Under the pieces are notes generated by a model that made no database searches, was not told the DNA's origin, and was given only the letters and a program-made list of their open reading frames with translations. From sequence record OR539218.1: DNA of 64,000 nucleotides; one strand, written 5' to 3'. Positions 47,442 to 57,675 of the stretch are shown in pieces. How positions within the stretch are numbered: position 1 is the stretch's first letter; each line of letters begins with the position of its first letter. The translations under genes and the position numbers were made by a program. The stretch is from Escherichia phage vB-Eco-KMB26.

Positions 47442-47854
47442 TATTTTCCAGCCTCAAATGCCCGCATGTCTTGAATATGCTTAATAGCAAATCCACGTGA
47501 TTTAATAGCATCAAGAGCTCCGCTACAGAAATCTAATAAAATCCCCCAATACTGCAACGAGGTATCAACCTTTAAAACATCCTTATCAGCTGATAGAACT
47601 GTCTTCATTTCTGATTTCTCGTAACGATCCATACTAAATTCATCACCATCTCCTCGTCCCGAGTAGTAGTCTAATTTAGCTTTAAGAGCAACTTTTTTCT
47701 GGGCGTCAATTCTAAGCATTTCCTTTTTAATACTTGAATGCTTATTAAGCCATTTACTATATAACATCACATTATTAGCTGCTTCATACTGTAATTTAGT
47801 CGAATCTATAAACACATCTTTCTTCAATTCTTCTTGAAGATCTTCTAATCTCAT
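47441..47854 (-). CDS. uvsY: UvsY, recombination mediator
   Basis: 137-aa ORF MRLEDLQEELKKDVFIDSTKLQYEAANNVMLYSKW...; T4 synteny. Confidence 0.92.
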   Translation of the reverse strand: MRLEDLQEELKKDVFIDSTKLQYEAANNVMLYSKWLNKHSSIKKEMLRIDAQKKVALKAKLDYYSGRGDGDEFSMDRYEKSEMKTVLSADKDVLKVDTSLQYWGILLDFCSGALDAIKSRGFAIKHIQDMRAFEAGK

Positions 47855-47920
47855 ATTGTTCTCTATTCAATTGTTATTGGATGGACTTAGATTCATTATA
47901 CCACGTTTATACGTTAAGCA

Positions 47921-48319
47921 TTATACTCTATTACTGGAAGCCAGTTGTAGTTTTATCTGCTCAATATCATCAGGGTTATCGATGACTGAAAAGCGTATTT
48001 CTACTATCAAAGTATAATCATCATAAACCGGTATTACATTAACTGCTAATTTATCAATACGTGGCTCATAGTTTCTTACTGCGCTTTCGATATTACGCTC
48101 AACCGTGTCAGCAGTAAGAGGAGTCATATTCTCAAAAAGTTGGTCAGATAAATCGCATCCAAATTCAGGGTCAAACGGTCTTGAACCTTTTCTTGTTGTA
48201 ATAATTCCTAAAAGACTATTTTTAATTGACCTTAATCCAAGTGATCTTGAAACGTCTTTGTTCCAATCCATTTTCATCTCTGGGTCAATATCAGAATAAA
48301 GCTTATTAATATTTGCCAT
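47921..48319 (-). CDS. 25: gp25, baseplate wedge / sheath initiator (LysM-like fold)
   Basis: 132-aa ORF; T4 synteny 25-26 divergent from 51. Confidence 0.93.
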   Translation of the reverse strand: MANINKLYSDIDPEMKMDWNKDVSRSLGLRSIKNSLLGIITTRKGSRPFDPEFGCDLSDQLFENMTPLTADTVERNIESAVRNYEPRIDKLAVNVIPVYDDYTLIVEIRFSVIDNPDDIEQIKLQLASSNRV

Positions 48320-48945
48320 TACAATAGCTCAAAGAATTCTTTGAGTCCTCTTATTACATGAGCGTGAGTTTTTCCACACTCTGGACATTTAATTGGAACA
48401 GCCAAATAAACAGTAGGCTTTAAAAGCATATCTTTTATAGCTACAATATCTGACTCTGTGATGATAGAATATAAATCTTCCAGTTCTTTTTCATTTAAGT
48501 CTTCAACTGGAATGCTTTCACCGTTAGCATGAATCGTTTCTATACATGATACTATCATGTGGGCTATATTTTTATCATCAAAAATTTTAGGGTAATGGAA
48601 TTTAATTTTAATGTCACCCAGTGTATACCAGAGGTCTTCTGGTGCATCTATTTGTGTATGTAATAGATTTATATGGGTTGGTATTTCAGTTCCACAGGTG
48701 CACTTCCAGGAGTTTTCGTGATTAACTTCTCCAAGAGAATGCGCCCATAAATGAATCAGTAATAGTTCTGATTCTTGGCGGTTTAAATCTTTTGCATTTG
48801 TACAGTCTTTGATTAGCTTTTTAACAATCTCTTCTACTGAACCATTCTTTTTAGCAGTAATAAGTTCTAGATATTCTTTAAGAGTAAATGCGCGACAGTT
48901 GATTATTTTAGAACCAACTCTCACATCAAATTTGTATTCATACAT
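48319..48945 (-). CDS. 26: gp26, baseplate hub subunit
   Basis: 208-aa ORF overlapping gene 25 start; T4 synteny. Confidence 0.9.
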   Translation of the reverse strand: MYEYKFDVRVGSKIINCRAFTLKEYLELITAKKNGSVEEIVKKLIKDCTNAKDLNRQESELLLIHLWAHSLGEVNHENSWKCTCGTEIPTHINLLHTQIDAPEDLWYTLGDIKIKFHYPKIFDDKNIAHMIVSCIETIHANGESIPVEDLNEKELEDLYSIITESDIVAIKDMLLKPTVYLAVPIKCPECGKTHAHVIRGLKEFFELL

Positions 48946-48966
48946 ATTTAGCTCCTTTATTTATCA

Positions 48967-48978
48967 TATTTATAAATA
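48967..48978. promoter_or_regulatory. Divergent overlapping late promoters for gene 26 (minus) and gene 51 (plus)
   Basis: tatttata 48967-48974 and tataaata 48971-48978 in the 50-bp divergent intergenic region. Confidence 0.6.
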
Positions 48979-48995
48979 GAATAAAAGGAGCATCT

Positions 48996-49748
48996 ATGGC
49001 AAACATTATTCGTTGTAAATTACCAGATGGTGTTCATCGTTTTAAACCATTTACGGTAGAAGATTATCGAGATTTTTTGTTAGTTCGAAACGATATAGAA
49101 CATCGGTCACCACAAGAACAAAAAGAAGTAATTACTGATTTAATTGATGATTATTTTGGAGACTATCCGAAGACTTGGCAACCATTTATATTTTTGCAGG
49201 TATTTGTAGGTTCAATAGGTAAAACTAAAGTACCAGTCACATTTGTATGTCCAAAATGTAAAAAAGAAAAGACAGTTCCATTTGAAATATATCAAAAAGA
49301 ATTAAAGGAACCTATTTTTGATGTAGCTAATGTTAAAATTAAATTAAATTTTCCTTCTGAGTTTTATGAAAATAAAGCAAAGATGATTACTGAAAATATT
49401 CATTCTGTTCAAGTAGATGAAATATGGTATGATTGGAAGGAAATTAGCGAATCGAGTCAAATAGAACTTGTTGATGCCATCGAGATAGAAACATTAGAAA
49501 AAATTCTCGATGCAATGAATCCTATTAATTTAACACTGCATATGTCGTGTTGTAATAAGTATGTAAAAAAATACACTGATATAGTAGATGTGTTTAAGCT
49601 ATTAGTTAATCCAGATGAGATATTTACTTTTTATCAAATTAATCACACACTTGTAAAAAGTAATTATAGCTTAAATTCAATAATGAAAATGATTCCTGCT
49701 GAGCGCGGATTCGTATTAAAACTGATTGAGAAGGATAAACAACAATGA
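48996..49748 (+). CDS. 51: gp51, baseplate hub assembly catalyst
   Basis: 250-aa ORF with Cys pairs CPKCKK / CCNKY; T4 synteny. Confidence 0.9.
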   Translation: MANIIRCKLPDGVHRFKPFTVEDYRDFLLVRNDIEHRSPQEQKEVITDLIDDYFGDYPKTWQPFIFLQVFVGSIGKTKVPVTFVCPKCKKEKTVPFEIYQKELKEPIFDVANVKIKLNFPSEFYENKAKMITENIHSVQVDEIWYDWKEISESSQIELVDAIEIETLEKILDAMNPINLTLHMSCCNKYVKKYTDIVDVFKLLVNPDEIFTFYQINHTLVKSNYSLNSIMKMIPAERGFVLKLIEKDKQQ

Positions 49749-50917
49749 GTATGTTGCAACGCCCCGGATATCCAAATCTCAGCGTTAAATTATTTGAGAG
49801 TTATGACGCTTGGAGTAATAATAGATTTGTTGAATTAGCTGCTACTATTACCACATTAACTATGCGGGATTCTCTTTATGGTCGAAATGAAGGAATGCTG
49901 CAGTTTTATGATTCTAAAAATATCCATACAAAAATGGATGGAAATGAAATAATTCAGATTTCTGTAGCTAATGCAAACGATATTAATAATGTTAAAACAC
50001 GAATTTATGGATGTAAGCACTTTTCCGTATCGGTAGATTCAAAGGGTGATAACATCATTGCTATTGAATTGGGAACTATTCATTCTATAGAAAATCTTAA
50101 ATTTGGCAGACCGTTTTTCTCTGATGCAGGTGAATCTATAAAGGAAATGCTTGGTGTCATTTATCAGGATCGCACGTTATTAACTCCAGCAATAAATGCT
50201 ATAAATGCTTATGTTCCTGATATTCCATGGACTAGTACATTTGAAAATTATTTGTCCTATGTAAGAGAAGTTGCTCTAGCGGTAGGAAGCGATAAGTTCG
50301 TATTTGTATGGCAAGACATCATGGGAGTTAACATGATGGACTATGATATGATGATAAATCAAGAACCATATCCAATGATTGTAGGTGAGCCAACTTTAAT
50401 AGGTCAATTCGTCCAAGAATTGAAATATCCATTAGCATATGATTTTGTTTGGTTGACTAAATCAAACCCGCATAAACGTGATCCAATGAAAAATGCTACT
50501 ATCTATGCTCATTCGTTTTTAGATTCTTCACTGCCAATGATTACTACAGGAAAGGGTGAAAACTCTATTGTAGTGTCAAGGTCAGGTGCTTATTCTGAAA
50601 TGACTTATAGAAATGGCTATGAAGAAGCTATTCGTCTTCAAACTATGGCGCAATATGATGGCTATGCTAAATGTTCTACTGTCGGTAATTTTAACTTGAC
50701 TCCTGGTGTTAAAATTATTTTTAATGATAGTAAAAACCAATTTAAAACAGAATTTTACGTTGATGAAGTTATCCATGAATTATCAAATAATAATTCAGTA
50801 ACTCATCTATATATGTTCACTAATGCGACGAAACTGGAAACAATAGACCCAGTTAAGGTTAAAAATGAATTTAAATCTGATACTACCACTGAAGAAAGTA
50901 GTTCTTCCAATAAGTAA
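49745..50917 (+). CDS. 27: gp27, baseplate hub subunit
   Basis: 390-aa ORF; T4 synteny 51-27-28-29. Confidence 0.93.
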   Translation: MSMLQRPGYPNLSVKLFESYDAWSNNRFVELAATITTLTMRDSLYGRNEGMLQFYDSKNIHTKMDGNEIIQISVANANDINNVKTRIYGCKHFSVSVDSKGDNIIAIELGTIHSIENLKFGRPFFSDAGESIKEMLGVIYQDRTLLTPAINAINAYVPDIPWTSTFENYLSYVREVALAVGSDKFVFVWQDIMGVNMMDYDMMINQEPYPMIVGEPTLIGQFVQELKYPLAYDFVWLTKSNPHKRDPMKNATIYAHSFLDSSLPMITTGKGENSIVVSRSGAYSEMTYRNGYEEAIRLQTMAQYDGYAKCSTVGNFNLTPGVKIIFNDSKNQFKTEFYVDEVIHELSNNNSVTHLYMFTNATKLETIDPVKVKNEFKSDTTTEESSSSNK

Positions 50918-51398
50918 TAAAGAAGTTTCTATTCCTAAGATGGGTCTTAAACATTATAACATTTTAAAAGATGTTAAAGGTCCTGATGAAAATTTAAAAC
51001 TTCTTATTGATTCTATTTGTCCGAATTTATCACCGGCAGAAGTTGATTTCGTTTCTATTCATTTATTGGAATTTAATGGAAAGATTAAATCTCGTAAAGA
51101 AATAGATGGTTATACTTATGATATTAATGACGTTTATGTATGTCAAAGATTGGAATTTCAATACCAAGGAAATACATTTTATTTTAGACCTCCTGGAAAA
51201 TTTGAACAATTTTTAACTGTAAGCGATATGTTATCCAAATGCTTGCTTAAGGTCAATGATGAAGTTAAAGAAATTAATTTTCTTGAGATGCCAGCATTTG
51301 TTTTAAAATGGGCAAATGATATTTCTACAACTTTAGCAATTCCTGGCCCTAATGGTCCAATAACCGGAATTGGCAATATTATTGGATTATTTGAATGA
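50865..51398 (+). CDS. 28: gp28, baseplate hub distal subunit
   Basis: 177-aa ORF overlapping gene 27 3' end in another frame; T4 synteny. Confidence 0.9.
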   Translation: MNLNLILPLKKVVLPISNKEVSIPKMGLKHYNILKDVKGPDENLKLLIDSICPNLSPAEVDFVSIHLLEFNGKIKSRKEIDGYTYDINDVYVCQRLEFQYQGNTFYFRPPGKFEQFLTVSDMLSKCLLKVNDEVKEINFLEMPAFVLKWANDISTTLAIPGPNGPITGIGNIIGLFE

Positions 51399-53167
51399 AA
51401 AAGCCACAAGAAATGCAAACGATGCGTAGAAAAGTTATTTCAGATAATAAACCAACACAGGAAGCGGCTAAATCCGCTTCTAATACTTTATCTGGTCTTA
51501 ATGACATTTCTACAAAATTAGATGATGCTCAAGCTGCCTCTGAATTAATAGCTCAGACTGTTGAAGAAAAATCAAATGAAATAGTTGGAGCAATTGATAA
51601 CGTTGAAAGCGCAGTAAGTGATACTACTGCCGGTTCTGAGTTAATTGCCGAGACTGTTGAAATTGGCAATAATATCAATAAAGAAATAGGCGAATCACTC
51701 GGAAGCAAATTAGATAAATTAACGAGTTTATTAGAACAAAAAATTCAAACAGCTGGAATTCAACAGACTGGAACGAGTTTAGCAGTAGTCGAAAATGCTA
51801 TTCCTGTTAAAGTCGTCGAGGATGATACAGCTGAATCTGTGGGTCCTTTATTACCGGCTCCTGAAGCAGTTAATAATGATCCTGATGCTGATTTTTTCCC
51901 TACTCCTCAGCCAATTGAACCAAAACAAGAGTCTCCAGAAGAGAAGCAAAAAAGAGACGCATTTAACTTAAAATTATCTCAAGCTTTAGATAAATTAACA
52001 AAGACAGTTGATTTCGGATTTAAGAAATCTATTTCAATTACTGATAAAATATCTAGCATGCTATTTAAGTATACCGTCAGTGCTGCTATTGAAGCTGCTA
52101 AAATGGTTGCATTGATAATGGCTGTTGTTATTGGAATAGACCTGCTGATGGTTCATTTTAAATACTGGTCAGATAAATTTTCAAAAGCCTGGGATTTATT
52201 TAGCACTGATTTTAAAACTTTCTCAAGCGAAACAGGAACTTGGGGCCCTTTATTACAAAGCATCTTTGAATCTATTGATGAAATTAAAAAGTTCTGGGAA
52301 GCTGGAGATTGGGGCGGATTAACAGTAGCTATTGTTGAAGGGCTTGGAAGTGTTCTTTATAATTTAGGAGAGCTTATTCAATTAGGTATGGCTAAATTAT
52401 CTGCAGCAATTCTTCGAGTCATTCCTGGCATGAAGGATACTGCTGATGAAGTAGAAGGAAGAGCATTAGAAAATTTCCAAAATTCTACTGGAGCATCTCT
52501 TAATAAAGAAGACCAAGAAAAAGTAGCAAATTATCAAGATAAACGAATGAATGATGATCTTGGCCCAATAGCAAAAGGATTAGACAAAATTGCGAACTGG
52601 AAAACTCGTGCATCTAACTGGATTCGTGGTGTAGATAATAAAGAAGCATTGACTACTGACGAAGAACGTGCAGCAGAAGAAGAAAAATTAAAACAACTTT
52701 CACCGGAAGAAAGAAAAAATGCTTTAATGAAAGCTAATGAAGCTCGTGCTGCGATGATTCGTTTTGAAAAATATGCTGATTCAGCTGATATGAGCAAAGA
52801 CTCGACAGTTAAATCAATTGAAGCTGCTCATGAAGACCTTAAAAAACGAATGAATGATCCGGATTTAAATAATTCACCAGCAGTTAAAAAAGAACTTGCT
52901 TCTAGATTTGCTAAAATTGATGCCACTTATCAAGAGCTCAAGAAAAATCAACCTGAAGCAAAACCTGAAACTTCTGCTAAATCACCAGAAGCAAAACAGG
53001 TCCAGGTGATTGAAAAGAACAAAGCACAACAAGCTCCTGTTCAACAAGCATCTCCTTCAATCAATAATACTAATAATGTTATTAAGAAAAATACTGTCGT
53101 TCATAATATGACACCTGTCACAAGCACAACTGCTCCTGGTGTATTTGGTGCGACGGGAGTTAATTAA
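51395..53167 (+). CDS. 29: gp29, tail tape-measure / baseplate hub protein
   Basis: 590-aa ORF, long helical segments; T4 synteny and length. Confidence 0.93.
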   Translation: MKKPQEMQTMRRKVISDNKPTQEAAKSASNTLSGLNDISTKLDDAQAASELIAQTVEEKSNEIVGAIDNVESAVSDTTAGSELIAETVEIGNNINKEIGESLGSKLDKLTSLLEQKIQTAGIQQTGTSLAVVENAIPVKVVEDDTAESVGPLLPAPEAVNNDPDADFFPTPQPIEPKQESPEEKQKRDAFNLKLSQALDKLTKTVDFGFKKSISITDKISSMLFKYTVSAAIEAAKMVALIMAVVIGIDLLMVHFKYWSDKFSKAWDLFSTDFKTFSSETGTWGPLLQSIFESIDEIKKFWEAGDWGGLTVAIVEGLGSVLYNLGELIQLGMAKLSAAILRVIPGMKDTADEVEGRALENFQNSTGASLNKEDQEKVANYQDKRMNDDLGPIAKGLDKIANWKTRASNWIRGVDNKEALTTDEERAAEEEKLKQLSPEERKNALMKANEARAAMIRFEKYADSADMSKDSTVKSIEAAHEDLKKRMNDPDLNNSPAVKKELASRFAKIDATYQELKKNQPEAKPETSAKSPEAKQVQVIEKNKAQQAPVQQASPSINNTNNVIKKNTVVHNMTPVTSTTAPGVFGATGVN

Positions 53168-53175
53168 GGAATAAT

Positions 53176-54270
53176 ATGGCAATTGTTAAAGAAATAACTG
53201 CTGATTTAATTAAAAAGTCCGGTGAAACAATTTCAGCCGGACAGAGTACTAAATCAGAAGTAGGAACTAAAACATACACAGCCCAGTTTCCAACTGGGCG
53301 TGCTAGTGGTAATGACACTACAGGGGACTTCCAGGTAACAGATCTATATAAGAATGGATTATTATTTACTGCATACAATATGTCATCTAGGGATTCTGGA
53401 AGTCTTAGAACGATGAGATCTAACTACTCTTCTTCATCTTCGAGTATTTTACGTACAGCCAGAAACACTATCAGTAATACAGTATCAAAACTATCAAATG
53501 GACTAATATCAGATAATAATTCAGGAACAATAAGTAAAGTTCCTGTTGCAAATATTCTTTTACCTAGATCTAAATCTGACGTCGATACGTCATCACATAG
53601 ATTTAATGATGTTCAAGATAGTCTTATTACAAAAGGTGGAGGTACTGCTACTGGTGTGCTAAGCAATATGGCTTCAACCGCAGTATTTGGAGCGCTGGAA
53701 AGTATAACACAAGGTATAATGGCTGATAATAATGAACAGATTTATACGACAGCCAGAAGCATGTACGGCGGTGCTGAAAATAGAACTAAAGTGTTCACTT
53801 GGGATTTGACTCCGCGCTCAACAGAAGATTTAATGGCTATTATTAATATCTATCAGTATTTTAACTATTTTTCTTACGGTGAAACTGGTAAATCTCAATA
53901 TGCTGCTGAAATAAAAGGATATTTAGATGAGTGGTACCGTTCTACTTTTATTGAGCCGTTAACTCCAGAAGATGCAGTTAAAAATAAGACGTTATTTGAG
54001 AAAATGACATCGAGTTTAACTAACGTTCTTGTAGTTTCAAACCCGACAATTTGGATGGTGAAAAACTTTGGTGCAACATCTAAGTTTGATGGAAAAACGG
54101 AAATATTCGGTCCATGTCAAATCCAGAGTATCAGATTTGATAAAACACCTAATGGTAACTTTAACGGATTAGCTATTGCTCCAAATCTCCCTAGTACATT
54201 TACTCTCGAGATTACTATGAGAGAAATTATCACGTTAAACCGTGCTTCTTTATATGCGGGGACTTTTTAA
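53176..54270 (+). CDS. 48: gp48, baseplate tail-tube cap
   Basis: 364-aa ORF; T4 synteny. Confidence 0.93.
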   Translation: MAIVKEITADLIKKSGETISAGQSTKSEVGTKTYTAQFPTGRASGNDTTGDFQVTDLYKNGLLFTAYNMSSRDSGSLRTMRSNYSSSSSSILRTARNTISNTVSKLSNGLISDNNSGTISKVPVANILLPRSKSDVDTSSHRFNDVQDSLITKGGGTATGVLSNMASTAVFGALESITQGIMADNNEQIYTTARSMYGGAENRTKVFTWDLTPRSTEDLMAIINIYQYFNYFSYGETGKSQYAAEIKGYLDEWYRSTFIEPLTPEDAVKNKTLFEKMTSSLTNVLVVSNPTIWMVKNFGATSKFDGKTEIFGPCQIQSIRFDKTPNGNFNGLAIAPNLPSTFTLEITMREIITLNRASLYAGTF

Positions 54271-55235
54271 TGTATTCTTTAGAGGAATTTAATAATCAAG
54301 CAATAAACGCAGATTTCCAACGTAATAATATGTTCAGCTGTGTTTTTGCTACAACTCCATCAACTAAAAGCTCTTCGTTGATAAGTTCAATTAGCAACTT
54401 TTCTTATAATAACTTGGGCCTAAATTCAGATTGGTTAGGATTAACTCAAGGCGATATTAATCAGGGAATTACTACGCTAATTACAGCTGGCACACAAAAA
54501 CTGATAAGAAAATCAGGGGTTAGTAAATATCTTATTGGTGCCATGAGTCAACGTACAGTTCAAAGTTTATTAGGCTCATTTACAGTTGGTACATATTTAA
54601 TTGACTTCTTTAACATGGCATATAACTCATCTGGATTGATGATATACTCTGTAAAAATGCCAGAGAATAGATTATCCTATGAAACTGACTGGAACTATAA
54701 TTCTCCTAATATTCGTATAACTGGGAGAGAATTAGACCCTTTGGTTATTTCATTCAGAATGGATTCAGAAGCTTGTAACTATCGTGCAATGCAAGACTGG
54801 GTTAACGCTGTTCAAGACCCAGTAACTGGATTGCGTGCTTTGCCGCAAGATGTCGAGGCAGATATTCAGGTTAATCTTCATTCTCGCAATGGATTACCAC
54901 ATACTGCGGTGATGTTCACTGGATGCATTCCAGTGTCCGTAAGCGCTCCTGAGTTATCATATGATGGAGATAACCAAATAACTACATTTGATGTTACTTT
55001 TGCGTATAGAGTGATGCAGGCTGGAGCAGTTGATAGACAAGCTGCCCTTGAATGGCTTGAATCTGCTACTATAAATGGTATTCAAAGCGTTCTCGGAAAT
55101 AGTGGAGGTGTTACTGGACTATCTAATTCGCTTTCACGACTTAGTAGATTAGGGGGAACTGCAGGAAGCATTTCAAATATTAATACTATGACAGGAATTG
55201 TCAATTCGCAAAGTAAAATATTAGGAGCAATATAA
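54270..55235 (+). CDS. 54: gp54, baseplate tail-tube initiator
   Basis: 321-aa ORF; TAATG coupling to gene 48; T4 synteny. Confidence 0.93.
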   Translation: MYSLEEFNNQAINADFQRNNMFSCVFATTPSTKSSSLISSISNFSYNNLGLNSDWLGLTQGDINQGITTLITAGTQKLIRKSGVSKYLIGAMSQRTVQSLLGSFTVGTYLIDFFNMAYNSSGLMIYSVKMPENRLSYETDWNYNSPNIRITGRELDPLVISFRMDSEACNYRAMQDWVNAVQDPVTGLRALPQDVEADIQVNLHSRNGLPHTAVMFTGCIPVSVSAPELSYDGDNQITTFDVTFAYRVMQAGAVDRQAALEWLESATINGIQSVLGNSGGVTGLSNSLSRLSRLGGTAGSISNINTMTGIVNSQSKILGAI

Positions 55236-55239
55236 CAAT

Positions 55240-55266
55240 GGGGACCTTTCGGTCCCCATATTTTTA
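55240..55266 (+). terminator. Rho-independent terminator after gene 54
   Basis: Hairpin ggggacc-tttc-ggtcccc followed by atatttttattta. Confidence 0.65.
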
Positions 55267-55554
55267 TTTACGGAATGAAATGAAAGCAGAAACTGAAGCA
55301 ACTAAACTGTCTTCAATATAAACTTCAATTTTTACCGGAGCTTCTGACTCAAATTTACCTGTTACTACACCCTGAAAAATACTTTCAGTCTGTTCTGGCT
55401 TTGAAAAATTTTCAGAAGGAAAAATTCCGAACTTTTTATCTGTTCCAAAAATTTTAATAAATTCATCGTAAACTGCTTCATTAAAAGCGTTATCAGCAGG
55501 AATAACGCCTTCAACTACAAGTTCTTGACCTAAAAAGCGTAAAGAAGATTTCAT
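55264..55554 (-). CDS. Hypothetical protein (96 aa) downstream of the alt paralogs
   Basis: ORF with ATG start; own early promoter at 55586-55614. Confidence 0.6.
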   Translation of the reverse strand: MKSSLRFLGQELVVEGVIPADNAFNEAVYDEFIKIFGTDKKFGIFPSENFSKPEQTESIFQGVVTGKFESEAPVKIEVYIEDSLVASVSAFISFRK

Positions 55555-55585
55555 TTTGTGTTCCTCATGTTATGTCAGTAAGATT

Positions 55586-55614
55586 ACTATAACACAACAC
55601 GAGGGACTTGTAAA
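55586..55614 (-). promoter_or_regulatory. T4 early promoter immediately after the stop codon of alt paralog A
   Basis: Reverse strand TTTACA-N17-TATAGT (plus actata 55586-55591, tgtaaa 55609-55614). Confidence 0.5.
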
Positions 55615-57672
55615 CTACATTTTGAACTTTTTAGACATTCCGTTGATGTTAACCAAAGAAGCTAAGATTTGAGAAACTTCATTTTCCTCTTCTTTTGATT
55701 CTTCTACAAGGAATTGATTAAATCCAGCCATTGGACGAACTTCACCAGTTTCCATTAGATGGTCTCCATCATATACTGATTCTTCTAATTGTTCAGAAGG
55801 AGGAACGATTGTACCTTCGATTAGATACTTGTTATAAGCAGTTTCTTTCATAAAGTACGTACTTACTTTATTAATCTTCAGTAAAATTCCACGTGGTAGA
55901 ATAACTTCAGCTTCTGATGGAAATCCTGATAAATGACCTGGAACGATAACTTTGATTCGCTCAGCTCCTTTAATTACCATACCCACGCTAGTTTCAGCAT
56001 CTTCATTAGCATATGTAGAATGACTACCCATATGCATCAAATCTTCTGCATCAACGGAACCTTCTCCTTCGCCAGAAAATACTGCGCCAGAATCATCTAG
56101 AGCCATATAGTTTTTACCATGCTCACCGAAGATATTTGGTTTAAGCGATGTGGATACGAAGTTCTTGAAATAGAACATTTTGTTTTCAATGTTATGACGC
56201 AAAGTTTTAAAGGTAACTTCTTGTCCACGATAAAGCGTAGTTCCTGGAGGAAGAACTGAACCTTTAGCGAATGCAGAATCCAACGTCTCGATGTGCTTAA
56301 TAGCTCGTTCCATATATTCTTCACGGGTAGAATCTGGTTTACCCAAAAGGAACGAGTTCATTTCAACATATGAATCTGCACAATAATCTTCAATTACATC
56401 AGATTCAGCCTGAGTCAGTCCTTTTGGAGCTACTTCGGTGCTTGCGTATTCATATGCCTGGGCAGCAGATTCATTAATCAATTTATAAATGCCATTCATG
56501 ACAAATTGAATAATAGCTGTCTTTTCATCTGGTGTGGTTTTAGAACCTTTAACTAAATCATTAATAATTTTCTTAATAACATCAAAGCTATTAGAAATAT
56601 TAATGTCAGCAAGATCGCTTAAAATTTTATCAGTTTTATAATCAAAGAATTCTTTATTCTTTAAATATTCTTGAGAACCTTGATATGTTATATCGCTCTG
56701 CAACTTGATAGATGGATCACGTAAACGTGCATGGGCCAATGCAATATGATTTCGGAAGCTTTCTAGTTCATAATCGTTAGATTTAAAACGAGAAGCACTT
56801 CTCATACCACCGATAGCTCCTTTGCTGAAGTTTGAACCAATCTGGATAACGCCAGAGTTCATCGGACCTTCTGCTTTATATACCGGAACTTTAGATTCAA
56901 ACTCTTGATATTTCTTAGCAGCGAAGCTATCACCCTGAAGCGAAGCATCAACAGTAGAATATTGAGCTTGTGCTGCTAATCGACGACTAATTTTAGTTTT
57001 CTGAATAACAGCTTGGTCCGTGCGCTTATCATTTTCTAAAGCAATAGAAGCAGCAACAGCAACAGCTTTAGGAACAGCATTTCCTGTTTTAACGTCTACA
57101 TAAACATCACCGACCTTTGATTCAACTTTTGTGAATAACTCAGTTGAAATAGGAGGTACACCTGGAATGTCTTCTAAATTGGCATTTTTACGGTAAACCA
57201 TAATATATGCATATTTCTTATCATAGTCCCAGATTTCCTTTAAAAGAACATATCGACCTGCTCCTTTAGTACGTACTAAACGGTCAGCAATAACTTGCAT
57301 TTGACGAGCTGCGCCATTTGTTTTACTTTTTAGTACGCGGAATAGGCATGCGTCGATTTTATACTGTTTCATTGTTTGAAGAGCAGTATCAAAAACGGCA
57401 TTAATGACACCAATTGGATTTCCACCCAAGTTTTTAAGCTTAACTAATGATAGTTTCTCATTAACACCTATCATTACGATATGCATCATTTTATCGCCTG
57501 GCTTAACGTTTTTATTCGTATCACCACCAGAGGTATATGTACAAAATCTAAATCCAGGAAGCACGCTTTCTTCGCCGGCTTGAATAGCAAAAATTTGTGG
57601 TATTTTATGCTTAGGATTTAAGTTAACAACCGGCGCCGAAGCGCCGTCAAATAATTCTGTAATAAGTTCCAT
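55615..57672 (-). CDS. Alt-like ADP-ribosyltransferase, divergent paralog (A)
   Basis: 685-aa ORF; N-terminal ~200 aa colinear with the adjacent alt gene (both start MELITELFD); C-terminal ART motifs YRG .. FVSTSL .. EAEVILPRG. Confidence 0.85.
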   Translation of the reverse strand: MELITELFDGASAPVVNLNPKHKIPQIFAIQAGEESVLPGFRFCTYTSGGDTNKNVKPGDKMMHIVMIGVNEKLSLVKLKNLGGNPIGVINAVFDTALQTMKQYKIDACLFRVLKSKTNGAARQMQVIADRLVRTKGAGRYVLLKEIWDYDKKYAYIMVYRKNANLEDIPGVPPISTELFTKVESKVGDVYVDVKTGNAVPKAVAVAASIALENDKRTDQAVIQKTKISRRLAAQAQYSTVDASLQGDSFAAKKYQEFESKVPVYKAEGPMNSGVIQIGSNFSKGAIGGMRSASRFKSNDYELESFRNHIALAHARLRDPSIKLQSDITYQGSQEYLKNKEFFDYKTDKILSDLADINISNSFDVIKKIINDLVKGSKTTPDEKTAIIQFVMNGIYKLINESAAQAYEYASTEVAPKGLTQAESDVIEDYCADSYVEMNSFLLGKPDSTREEYMERAIKHIETLDSAFAKGSVLPPGTTLYRGQEVTFKTLRHNIENKMFYFKNFVSTSLKPNIFGEHGKNYMALDDSGAVFSGEGEGSVDAEDLMHMGSHSTYANEDAETSVGMVIKGAERIKVIVPGHLSGFPSEAEVILPRGILLKINKVSTYFMKETAYNKYLIEGTIVPPSEQLEESVYDGDHLMETGEVRPMAGFNQFLVEESKEEENEVSQILASLVNINGMSKKFKM

Positions 57673-57675
57673 GAT

